Shown: positions 1 through 9,324 of the stretch, one piece after another
Numbering within the stretch: position 1 is the stretch's first letter
Layout: each line of letters opens with the position of its first letter
IMG/VR virus record: IMGVR_UViG_3300033802_000250
Length of the DNA: 64,000 nt
DNA from: a virus
Lineage: Duplodnaviria > Caudoviricetes
Strand: one strand, 5' to 3'
Position numbers and translations under genes: made by a program
Notes under the pieces: model-generated
Told to the model about the DNA's origin: nothing
The model's input: the letters and a program-made list of their open reading frames with translations, nothing else
Database searches by the model: none

Positions 1-1
1 G

Positions 2-1336
2 TCCTTGGTTGACGAACTCGATGCCGACCCCGGTTCTGCGGATGTTACCGACGGCATCATCCTTCATGAAGTCATCACGAACGGCATGAGCGACGAGTTC
101 CCGGTTCAATTCTGGATCTCGACGAACAACAACCGGATTGCGATGATTCTGATGGGCGACCCGACGCTGGATCAGGATAACTTCCTGACTTCCTTCGCGT
201 ACATCGGACGCATCCATCCGTTCTACGACAGCAAGTGCGTCGTCAAACGCGACAGTCAAGGCAACATTCTGCTGGACGCGAACGGCGAGCCGGTGCTGGA
301 AGAACAGCGCACCTACTTCGAGAACGACGTGAGCGGCAACTTCGCTCTTACGACGGGGTCTTCGACGATTCCGGCGGCTATCGGGGTTCCGCCGAAAGGC
401 CAGCCGATCATGCAGAGCGTCGAAGTGATCACCGACTCAAACGGAATCGTGCCGGGCGACCTGTACGACTTCACGGCGTACTCGTACATCGTCACGTATC
501 TGACGGACGGTGGCGAGTCCAGACCGAGCCGGATTGACGCCGGACGTTTGGTGGTCAACAAAGGACTCGTGATTCCGACGAACACCACACCGACGAAAGG
601 TATCTCGCTGAAGGTGAGCTTCGTGCTTCCTGAAGAAGCGACGGGGTACAAGATCTATCGTTATCACGAAGCGAGCAAAACCAACTTCACTCCGGCGGAC
701 GCGGCGAACTACGGTCTGTACAAGCTGGTCGCAACGGTGGAACGCTTGGGTCGCGAGCGGGAGATTACCTTCGTCGATGACGGTGTATCTCTGCCGATGG
801 ACAACAACGGAACGCTCATCCCGAACATGTCCAACTCGTTCTACAGCAAGTACACCTCGGCGGTTCCGACGGCTCGTTCCTTCAAGTCCGTAACCCGCGA
901 CCAATACACCGGTGCGATTCTGGACGTGAAGTTCACGAATAAGTGGGGTGCCGAAACGGCTACCGGCGTCAACGATATCATGATGTTCCAGACCCGCTCC
1001 GGCCTGAAATATCAGCGCCACCAAGCGGCGTTCATTACGACGGAACAATTCATGCGGAAGGAGAAGTCCGGCCAATCCCGCTGGACGGGCAAATTCCACC
1101 TGTCGCCGATCTACGTCGAACACAGCTACGACAAACAACGCGGCTGGCTCGACGGCGTCATGGCGGTGGACGACAGCGGCATCGAGCATCTCGACGAACT
1201 GATTGTGGACAAGGACACGCCGACGGAGGAAGTGTACAAGTTCTTCCGCATCAACGCTCCGTTCAGCTTCCTCAACAACTCGCCGAACTATGCGTACGGG
1301 GTGGCAATCATCAAGTCCTCGCAAAAATGGCAATAA
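2..1336 (+). CDS. 5'-partial virion structural protein (probably high copy); paralog of the three genes at 53967-56464, with an inserted FN3/Ig-like domain
   Basis: The frame is open from the window edge. Strong codon bias like the sheath and tube genes. Motifs FPVQFWISTNNNRIAMILMGD, TSFAYIG and HLSPIYV..QRGWLDGV match the 54-56 kb paralogs; the insert reads YSYIVTY..GES..S / GYKIYR / FVDDG. Confidence 0.6.
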   Translation, partial: SLVDELDADPGSADVTDGIILHEVITNGMSDEFPVQFWISTNNNRIAMILMGDPTLDQDNFLTSFAYIGRIHPFYDSKCVVKRDSQGNILLDANGEPVLEEQRTYFENDVSGNFALTTGSSTIPAAIGVPPKGQPIMQSVEVITDSNGIVPGDLYDFTAYSYIVTYLTDGGESRPSRIDAGRLVVNKGLVIPTNTTPTKGISLKVSFVLPEEATGYKIYRYHEASKTNFTPADAANYGLYKLVATVERLGREREITFVDDGVSLPMDNNGTLIPNMSNSFYSKYTSAVPTARSFKSVTRDQYTGAILDVKFTNKWGAETATGVNDIMMFQTRSGLKYQRHQAAFITTEQFMRKEKSGQSRWTGKFHLSPIYVEHSYDKQRGWLDGVMAVDDSGIEHLDELIVDKDTPTEEVYKFFRINAPFSFLNNSPNYAYGVAIIKSSQKWQ

Positions 1337-1362
1337 ACTCGCGGTGAAGGGGTGAAAAGAGA

Positions 1363-4300
1363 ATGCAGAATACGTTCAGTTTCTCATTCTTGTTTTCGCC
1401 CCCTAATCCCCGGCATGACGGATGGATAGGGCAGAGCTTTGCTTTGTCCTATCTTAATTCTGAGCCGGGAAACAGTTATCTGTTCCGATACAAGCCATAC
1501 TTCGTCGGTGACAGCCGGATCAATCGAGATGTGAAGTTGGCTGATTCGGTAGGTAGAGCCGGGGGCGAAGTTGAACACCACGTATTATCGGCAAGAGAAG
1601 CAAGCTATGGAGGGTACGTTTCGGAAGACGTACAGTACGCGATTGTCCGCAAGCGTCTGGACGCATTATTCAGGCGCGATTTCGCAAAGGCTCTGCGGGA
1701 ACGGGCGGCCAGCATTCTGAAGTGGCTCCCCGAAGGTTCAAGATCTCCGTTATCTGCCGAGGAGTTGCGGTTGCGTTTGCTGGAGCAGGCCGGACAAGAG
1801 GCTCAGGCCGCGAATCAACATTCATTCAGCGACCGCCGGTACGATCAGGACAGTCTGATTCTTGACGAGATGTTGATAGGCTACATCGAGAAGATCAGAC
1901 AAGGCGTTACGCTTCGAGACTTGATAGCGGAGCGGCGATTCGATGTTCTGCGCGATGCCTTTATAACCATCCCGTATGAGTTTGCGGACAAATATCTCAT
2001 CGCATTTACGCCCCGGGAGACATTGGCTTCTCGGAAGCCGGTGCCGGATCCTATCGGGATTCGTTTACATACACACGAACTGGCTTTTCGGCCATATGAA
2101 CATGATACGGTCGAAGTTGAGAAGATCGTTGGTGACAAGATCATCCCCGGTGTGATTGTTTATCCTCCGACCTTGTTCGGGAACGAGCCGGACAATATCG
2201 GGATTATTCAAGAGGCAACCCTCGGGAATCGTATCAACGTTTACGATACGGTGTTGCCGGAAGTTCTTTTTGGCTCCCCGGAAGACAAGTATGGGATCGG
2301 AATAACCTCATTGCGATTCGGCGACATCCCTGTTGATACCGCTATCCACTTGAAGGATCGGTCTTTCGACCGGCACTTCAATAAGGAGACTGTAATTGAT
2401 CGTATTACAGTTGATATCGTCAAGGACATCAGCAAGGAAGTCCGTGTTGACACTGAGGTATCAAAAGCCGATATTCGGAAAAGTGGAGATGCTCGCATCG
2501 ACTGGCTGATGGTGACGCCATACGGATCCGGCGTACACGAAGCACGACTCGATGAAAGCAACGAAAAACGCGGCGACTACTTCGGGTCGGACGCTTATGT
2601 GGAATGGGTAAAGTCCTTTTTCGATGGGCCAGACATTCATGCGCAACCCGCATGGATTGTGCAAAGAGTTGTCCGAGGAGAACCGGAGTCCTATAACGCC
2701 GGTATAACACAAGACCGCGTGATGCTGGATGGCAAGGACACCATCAATCACTCGCGCTATGATTACGACCATGTGCGCGTAGAGGTCATTCCGATGGAAG
2801 CCAGACCGGAATGGAGCAACATCGTTCGCGCAGATTTTCTGGAGGAAGATGCGCAGACAAAGCTCTACCCGTTCGAGATGATTCGGGCCGAACTGCTCCT
2901 TCTGAATGCGCGGACACATGATCCCAACTTCATCATCCAAGGAAGCCTATCGTCGAAGAATGTCCGGTTCGATTTTATCGACCACAGGATGACCTTGCTT
3001 CCGCACGATGCGACAGAGTTTACGGATCTGAGCGTCAGGGTGGAAAAGGTTCAAACTGTAGCGTGGATTATCGACGCTATCAGGCGGCTGGATAAGCTGT
3101 CAAAAGCGATGCTGATCGTAGAGAACCGCCACCTGCTGGATAAACTCCCCGACCAAAGCCTCAAGGTTATTCGGGACATATGGGCTCATTATCAAGACAA
3201 GTCTATGGACGCAATTATTCTGAATGGCGACATATCCCGGAAGGCCGAGAAGGAGTCTTTGGTACGATCTGTCATGGCGCAACAGCTTTTTGCCGTGGGT
3301 GTAGATCTTGACGCTATCCTGATGAACATGATTCAAGCGGAGCGGCTTGATATCGAAGGCATCATTCACGAGCATCCACAATTTGGCGATCACCATAATG
3401 CGCTTTCAGAGGCACAGGTGTTTGATCCGGCGATTCTTGCACATCAAAAGGATGCGTTGGATGAGGCGATTAAGCAACGGCAAAAAGTTGCTGACAGAGA
3501 GGAACTTTACGGTATTATCCAGAAGCTCATCAACGCCAGCAACGAGATGAAGCTGGATCGTCCGGGGTACATCCCGAAGGAAACGTACATGCTGGTCGGC
3601 GACCTTTCCGAATGGGAAGATATCTGGAACCGGTATTCGCCGGGCGTAGATGTTCTGGACGTGCCGGATTCCGACTACGATTACAGCAGGCTTGCCAACC
3701 AAGTGTACGACCCGGAGACCGGGGTGCCGTTTCATCCGATTGGGCCGACGAACCAACCGGACGTGAAGGTAAAAATTCCGCTCCACCATCCGGTGCCCAA
3801 CTTTGCAGAGATCGGTATTGGCGAAGCTGTTGTGGATAACTACATCCTGATGGATGTTATTCTCGCGGTAGAATCTCTGAAGAACCGAAACAAGCTTCGC
3901 TTCGCCGGGATGCCCGCAGAAAAGACCATGCGTGAACTACTCTCCAAGTTGTATGCATGGATCCAGCAAGCGGCCCCGGGGGTTTTCGAGTATGAGCGAA
4001 CATTCCGCTTTGTGCGCTGGTATGCGGAAGCTGTTGTCACCAAGCTCAGCGAGCATATTCTTCAGCGCGTGTACAATCCGTGGATCTCAAAGATTCATGA
4101 GAACGGCGACTTGGGGATTCCGTACACTTCGACCGGGTGGCGGTATATCCCAAACGCTTCTATCCTTCAGACGAGTGATACGTCGGCCAGCTTGTCGTTC
4201 ACCAAGGAGAACTACATCGACGGACGTGTAACGATAAGAGGGTACTTTGATAATCCTCGCGGAGAAGGTAAAATGGAAGTGAAAGTGGATGGAGACGTTA

Positions 4301-4605
4301 TGGCCTCCCTTGAGACAAGTGATAATGGGGTGTTCACGCTGACGTTCGACGTTCCGCAAGGGCATCACAATTATGACATTGTCTTTAATGGAGCGTCAGG
4401 CCGCATCTCCTTGTCCAGCATGGAGATCACCGGATGCGTCTTTGTAAGTGCAACGACCATTGCGGACGACTCCAATACCAATGGGTTGAAAGCCTGCACT
4501 ACGCTGATGCAAATGCTGTTGTACTACTTCGACAAGCATCACGGCGACAAGAAGATCAAAGGTACGATGGCGATCAAACAGCGTAAAGTATGGCAACAAA
4601 CATAA
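1363..4605 (+). CDS. Large hypothetical virion protein (1080 aa): quasi-repetitive N-terminal/central region and a beta-sandwich C-terminus
   Basis: Long ORF with GGGGTG RBS in a structural operon. C-terminal pattern GKMEVKVDG..FDVPQGHHNYDIVFNG..LSSMEI is beta-sandwich-like. Confidence 0.55.
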   Translation: MQNTFSFSFLFSPPNPRHDGWIGQSFALSYLNSEPGNSYLFRYKPYFVGDSRINRDVKLADSVGRAGGEVEHHVLSAREASYGGYVSEDVQYAIVRKRLDALFRRDFAKALRERAASILKWLPEGSRSPLSAEELRLRLLEQAGQEAQAANQHSFSDRRYDQDSLILDEMLIGYIEKIRQGVTLRDLIAERRFDVLRDAFITIPYEFADKYLIAFTPRETLASRKPVPDPIGIRLHTHELAFRPYEHDTVEVEKIVGDKIIPGVIVYPPTLFGNEPDNIGIIQEATLGNRINVYDTVLPEVLFGSPEDKYGIGITSLRFGDIPVDTAIHLKDRSFDRHFNKETVIDRITVDIVKDISKEVRVDTEVSKADIRKSGDARIDWLMVTPYGSGVHEARLDESNEKRGDYFGSDAYVEWVKSFFDGPDIHAQPAWIVQRVVRGEPESYNAGITQDRVMLDGKDTINHSRYDYDHVRVEVIPMEARPEWSNIVRADFLEEDAQTKLYPFEMIRAELLLLNARTHDPNFIIQGSLSSKNVRFDFIDHRMTLLPHDATEFTDLSVRVEKVQTVAWIIDAIRRLDKLSKAMLIVENRHLLDKLPDQSLKVIRDIWAHYQDKSMDAIILNGDISRKAEKESLVRSVMAQQLFAVGVDLDAILMNMIQAERLDIEGIIHEHPQFGDHHNALSEAQVFDPAILAHQKDALDEAIKQRQKVADREELYGIIQKLINASNEMKLDRPGYIPKETYMLVGDLSEWEDIWNRYSPGVDVLDVPDSDYDYSRLANQVYDPETGVPFHPIGPTNQPDVKVKIPLHHPVPNFAEIGIGEAVVDNYILMDVILAVESLKNRNKLRFAGMPAEKTMRELLSKLYAWIQQAAPGVFEYERTFRFVRWYAEAVVTKLSEHILQRVYNPWISKIHENGDLGIPYTSTGWRYIPNASILQTSDTSASLSFTKENYIDGRVTIRGYFDNPRGEGKMEVKVDGDVMASLETSDNGVFTLTFDVPQGHHNYDIVFNGASGRISLSSMEITGCVFVSATTIADDSNTNGLKACTTLMQMLLYYFDKHHGDKKIKGTMAIKQRKVWQQT

Positions 4606-4628
4606 GCCAATGAAGGAGGAATCTCCAC

Positions 4629-5027
4629 ATGTCTCTGGTCAAGTACCAAGTTGAGCGTCGCCCGATTGGCGATGACGGCCATGTGTATCGCGGTCTCGGT
4701 TCCGGCGACTACATCACCATCAAAACACATCACAATGCTCCGCTCGGCAACATTGAAGTCATTACCGGCGACGCCCGGACACTGGCGGCAAAACTGCTTG
4801 GGCCCAAGGATTCGCTTCCGCCTCTGATCGTTACTCAGGGTGACAACAAGTGCGAAGCGAAGACTCACTTCCGCGAAGTGACTGGCGAACCGTGGCTTGT
4901 CCACTCGACGCATTTCTCCATCGAGTCGGCGCTGGAGTCTGCGGCTCCGCTGGCGGCGGCCATCGGTGCCGAAAACGTACGCATCGTACAAGTGCTGTCC
5001 CACACGACCATATTCAAGCTTCAATAA
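4629..5027 (+). CDS. Hypothetical protein (132 aa)
   Basis: AAGGAGG RBS, strong codon bias, in operon. Confidence 0.6.
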   Translation: MSLVKYQVERRPIGDDGHVYRGLGSGDYITIKTHHNAPLGNIEVITGDARTLAAKLLGPKDSLPPLIVTQGDNKCEAKTHFREVTGEPWLVHSTHFSIESALESAAPLAAAIGAENVRIVQVLSHTTIFKLQ

Positions 5028-5048
5028 TGCTGAAGCGGGGGATGTATC

Positions 5049-6164
5049 TTGTCACTGTTAAATCGAATTTCCAGCGGGCTCGTCTTTAGAGACACCTTTG
5101 ATTCGCCCGAACTCAATTCGATGTGGCAGATATCACCCTCTGATGACCGTCGATACAGTTTGACAGAGAGGCCGGGAGTTCTTCGCCTGAAACACGGTGA
5201 TCCCGATCTCTTTTGTCTAATGACCAGCCCTCAATTTGACTATGTGTTCGAGGTCGATACGGACTACCAGCCGATCCGGGCGTCTGACCAAGGCGGCATT
5301 GTCGTATATCGGGATAAAGACACCCGGATCGAACTGCTGGAATATTACGATCCGCAAGTCGGCGCTTCCAAAGGATACAACCGTCTACGGATGGTGAAAA
5401 AGTCCGAACTATATGCCGGATACGGAAGCGACGACAACGGCAAGACATGGGAACTCATCGGCACCACGTTCTTGTCGTCTCCCAAAATCGGCATCGTACT
5501 TCACGGGATTCAGGAATCCCAATCCGATACGCTCGACGTATTGGAGGTGCGGATGTATCGAGACACGACAATACAGGTCGGCAATTTGCAAGAAGGCTTG
5601 AAGGTCAAACTGCTCGATGGTGCAGGGGTGTTGATTAAAGAAGCCACTTGCGAAAAAGATCGGGATCACGTCAAGCTCGATGTCTTCAATTGCAATTTCC
5701 CGCTGACCGGAAAACTGCAATTGCTCGACCCCACCGGACTCATCCTCGCCGAGACGGATGTAATCAACGATCTGTGGGGTGGCGATGTGTTCTGGTACGG
5801 CATCCATCTGGATTTGGAGATCGACGGCGTGCTTCTCCGCGAAGACCGTGAGTTCTTCCTCGGCAATATGGAGAACGGTATCATCGAGAAGAAAGCCTAT
5901 GTGGTAAACAACCACGATATCCCGATCCCGAACGTGCGCATCAGCGTGCAGGCTTTTGCCGAATATCAAGGTTGGGAATGGGTAGACATCGCTCAAGACC
6001 TGTTCGGCCAGCCAAGCATCTACAAGGACACCTATTTCATCGGTACGATGCAACCGGGAGATCGTGTTCCGTTCTGGATGAAGGTTACGAAGCGGGCAGG
6101 CTCGCAGATGGTCAGCCTCAGCGATTATAAGTTCCGTATTCTGTTTGAAAGCGGGGTGACATGA
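5049..6164 (+). CDS. Concanavalin-A-like (GH43 C-terminal/DUF1349-like) carbohydrate-binding virion protein
   Basis: FRDTFDSPELNSMW..YSLTERPGVLRL, QGGIVVY, LRMVKK..YAGYGSDDNGKTW, KIGIV is the typical GH43_C/DUF1349 lectin pattern. TTG start. Confidence 0.65.
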   Translation: MSLLNRISSGLVFRDTFDSPELNSMWQISPSDDRRYSLTERPGVLRLKHGDPDLFCLMTSPQFDYVFEVDTDYQPIRASDQGGIVVYRDKDTRIELLEYYDPQVGASKGYNRLRMVKKSELYAGYGSDDNGKTWELIGTTFLSSPKIGIVLHGIQESQSDTLDVLEVRMYRDTTIQVGNLQEGLKVKLLDGAGVLIKEATCEKDRDHVKLDVFNCNFPLTGKLQLLDPTGLILAETDVINDLWGGDVFWYGIHLDLEIDGVLLREDREFFLGNMENGIIEKKAYVVNNHDIPIPNVRISVQAFAEYQGWEWVDIAQDLFGQPSIYKDTYFIGTMQPGDRVPFWMKVTKRAGSQMVSLSDYKFRILFESGVT

Positions 6165-8930
6165 GTGGCGCTGAAATTCGTTCAAGTCGGGCTTACCGGA
6201 GGCGGCGCTGGCGGCGGAGGCACCTATGACCACAATCTGCTGGTCAACCGTGGATTGCCGGATCAGCATACCATCGAATCCATCACCGGACTTCGTCAAG
6301 CGCTCGACCGAAAATACGAAAAGCCATTCAGCGGCATCCCGAAAAGCGATCTGGCTTTCCCGGTGGCGACGATGACTGATCTGGATTCGCTTCGTCGCAC
6401 CGACCTTGCGGACTTGCGGAATCAGATCAACGCCGTCACCGAGGAAGTACAGGAAGCACGCGGCGGCCTAAACCGGTTGAAGGAATACATCGACACAAAA
6501 GTCTCCCGCTCCGAATGGTCGGGCGGCGGAGGCTCTGGCGGCGGACACGTCGATTCTCAAATCGGCTATCCACTGTATCAGGAGATCAAGCCGCAGGAGG
6601 GCCAGACGCTTATCGCGCTCAACAAGGAGTACCGGATGGGCACTCGTCAGCTTGAAGTGTACCTCAACGGTATCCGCATGGTTCAAAACGATGACTACGT
6701 TGAGGTCGATCCGACACATATCGAGTTCCAGTACCCACTGGAATCCGATGATTTGGTCGTCTGTCAAGTGCGTGCGGTCATCAATTCCGGACTCCACGAG
6801 GAGTATTACGCAACAGCGGGACAAACCCGCTTTCGTCTGCAAAGTCCCTACGGCATCCACCAAAACATCCTTCAGGTATATCGAAACGGCGTTCTTCAGC
6901 GAAAAGGCCGCGACTATCTGGAGATCGACAATATCACGGTGGACTTCGTCGTTCCGCTGGAGGAGCAGGACTTTATCACATTCATCCAGCCGGGCGCAAC
7001 TGATCCGCTGGCCGGAACTGTCATGCAATCAGAAATTGGCCGGGTGAAGGTGAACCTCGGATACACTACCATGATGCTTCACGACGCGGTGGGCACACCG
7101 GAGACCGACTATATGGATATGTACATCGACACCTTCATCACGGACAACAACATCGACAAGACCAAATCGTTCGCATACGACTATGTGAACAAGTCCATTC
7201 AGGTCTGCGATATTAACCGGTCACTGACGGCGTACGAAGATTTCGCTGGCGGAACGGTTGTTAACACCGACATCGAAACCTTCCCGGGCCGGATTGTTCT
7301 AAGGAATATGCCGGGCGGCGGCGACCGCAACAGCTTCCAGACACATCAGGTGTTTGCGAGCGGCACAATCATCACCGACACGCTCATTGTTCGCAATCAG
7401 TTCAGGGATGTATTCCGTTGCCATGTCCGACAGAACGGGATGGATCACGAACTTGTTGTCGGCGTAACACCGTTTGGCGGCATAGAAGCGACCATCTCGG
7501 TAGAAACGATTTCCGGCATCATTCAAGACTTGAACGGAGTGTTCGATTCACAGGGGCGCTTGCATCTGGCGTACACGGCGGAAGCAAATGGACGCTCAAA
7601 AATCGCGTATGTTATAATAAATCGTGACGCAACCGTGTCAACTTTGCAGGTTGCCAGCGATGAAAACTACGACGCAAAAACGCCGGATATCGACATCGGG
7701 CCGGACGACAAAATCCACGTCGTCTTTGTCTCAAAGCGTGTCCATACTAGCTATTTCAACGTGGATTATGTCATCATTGACAAAGACCTGAATCGGTCGG
7801 CGTACAAGAACATCACCACGTATAGCGCTTATGGTGCAGAAAATCCGCGCATTGCGGTCGGGTCGGACGGCAAGGCCCGCATCGTCTATGAATCCATCGA
7901 ATACGATGGTCAGACGAAAAACATCAAGTTCGTGGTTGTCAACAACCTGTTCCAAGAGTTCGAGGCGTATATTACGACATCCACGAGCTTTGACAACATC
8001 ATGCCGGATATCGACATTGACGCAAACAACACGTCCAAGATCGTATGGCGCTCGCGGCGACTGGATGCAAACTTTGGCCTCGATTACTGCTCGGTCAGCC
8101 AAGGCAACATCATATCGAGCGTGAAGATGGTCGCCAGCGGCCTGATCTGCTCCAGACCGCGTATTCAAACGGATTACGAAGGGATTTCACACGTCGTCTT
8201 TTCTGCCAACTATATTCGTTCCGATACGGATAACATCTGCTACTCAATGGTGTATGCGGATGATTCGGTGGATCAATTCATCAGCATCGCTGAGGCTTAC
8301 GGCGTACAGATGACAAATCCGAAAATCCATGTGTACGGAGACGAAATCCGGGTGGCCTTCCTCGGCGATGTGACCGGCTACGAACAGGTCAAAAGCCTGA
8401 GTAACTACACCGGACTCGGTGTATTCGATATGGTCTTTGACTCGATAACGCCGGACACGCAATGGCTGAGCATCCAAGCGCAGGTGGTTCTGCCTAATGC
8501 CAATACATCTGCGGTCGTCGAATACCGCATCAGCAACGACGGCATCGGCTGGACGGACTGGCAGAACATTGCGGCGCTTGCGCCGGAGAAAGTATCGGGT
8601 CGATACCTGCATCTGCGGGCCAGCCTGACTTCGACGGACTCCGCCAGCACGCCGGAGATCGAGAGCTTTGACGTGGTGTATCGGCCTTCGTTCATTGAAG
8701 TTCAATCCGTTCCCAAAGCATCGAACAAGGATGTGGATTCGATTATTCCTATCGGACGTTATGAAGGCGATGTGATCTTCTACGTTTCCCGGGACGGCGG
8801 AACCACATTCCAAGAAACGTTCGTCAACACGGCGGCGGATCTTACAGGCTCGCCAGCGGGACGCGATGTGGTGATTAAAGCCCGCATTGCCGACGGCTCC
8901 AAGCTCGATGCGTGGGGAGCCTTGTGGTAG
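6165..8930 (+). CDS. Fibre/appendage protein (921 aa): Gly linkers, two ~70-aa Ig-like modules, beta-propeller-like repeats, SRDGG C-terminal domain
   Basis: Two GQT.F.L...Y..G...L.VY.NG..DY.E.D modules. Repeated P.I.(I/V)..D...H(I/V)V(F/Y) blade-like units. C-terminus shared with 44060, 45202 and 48924. Confidence 0.6.
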   Translation: MALKFVQVGLTGGGAGGGGTYDHNLLVNRGLPDQHTIESITGLRQALDRKYEKPFSGIPKSDLAFPVATMTDLDSLRRTDLADLRNQINAVTEEVQEARGGLNRLKEYIDTKVSRSEWSGGGGSGGGHVDSQIGYPLYQEIKPQEGQTLIALNKEYRMGTRQLEVYLNGIRMVQNDDYVEVDPTHIEFQYPLESDDLVVCQVRAVINSGLHEEYYATAGQTRFRLQSPYGIHQNILQVYRNGVLQRKGRDYLEIDNITVDFVVPLEEQDFITFIQPGATDPLAGTVMQSEIGRVKVNLGYTTMMLHDAVGTPETDYMDMYIDTFITDNNIDKTKSFAYDYVNKSIQVCDINRSLTAYEDFAGGTVVNTDIETFPGRIVLRNMPGGGDRNSFQTHQVFASGTIITDTLIVRNQFRDVFRCHVRQNGMDHELVVGVTPFGGIEATISVETISGIIQDLNGVFDSQGRLHLAYTAEANGRSKIAYVIINRDATVSTLQVASDENYDAKTPDIDIGPDDKIHVVFVSKRVHTSYFNVDYVIIDKDLNRSAYKNITTYSAYGAENPRIAVGSDGKARIVYESIEYDGQTKNIKFVVVNNLFQEFEAYITTSTSFDNIMPDIDIDANNTSKIVWRSRRLDANFGLDYCSVSQGNIISSVKMVASGLICSRPRIQTDYEGISHVVFSANYIRSDTDNICYSMVYADDSVDQFISIAEAYGVQMTNPKIHVYGDEIRVAFLGDVTGYEQVKSLSNYTGLGVFDMVFDSITPDTQWLSIQAQVVLPNANTSAVVEYRISNDGIGWTDWQNIAALAPEKVSGRYLHLRASLTSTDSASTPEIESFDVVYRPSFIEVQSVPKASNKDVDSIIPIGRYEGDVIFYVSRDGGTTFQETFVNTAADLTGSPAGRDVVIKARIADGSKLDAWGALW

Positions 8931-8940
8931 GTGAGTTGAA

Positions 8941-9312
8941 GTGAACAAAACAGTCAAAATGCTTCGCGACGGGCTGTTGTACAAACTGCACATCGCCATC
9001 AGCGATCCGATCATGGTTCCGGCGGGCGAAGAAAGATACCACTTCGTTCAGCTTCCGTTCAGCAAGATAAATATCCAATCCCTTGAGGTGAACTGCAACA
9101 AGCAAACGCGCTTTGCTGTTGAGTTCTTCGAGGACACGACGCTGACGGATTCGCAATACAACAGCGGCGAAGTATCGGGCCGCCTGCTCGATGTGCTGAG
9201 TTACAGCTACGTCGATAAAGAAGAAACCGACAAGCTCCATCTGCTGATTCGCAATCTGGATGTGGTGGATGCAACGTACACCGTCGAAGTTCGCGGATTT
9301 CAACTCAAGTAA
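8941..9312 (+). CDS. Small beta-sandwich structural protein; paralog of 53580-53966
   Basis: Shared pattern I.(S/T)..(V/I)..F.V....Y.S...D..Y...I.N......(Y/F).(V/I)E(V/I)RG. Confidence 0.55.
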   Translation: MNKTVKMLRDGLLYKLHIAISDPIMVPAGEERYHFVQLPFSKINIQSLEVNCNKQTRFAVEFFEDTTLTDSQYNSGEVSGRLLDVLSYSYVDKEETDKLHLLIRNLDVVDATYTVEVRGFQLK

Positions 9313-9324
9313 GGAGGGGTGAGG

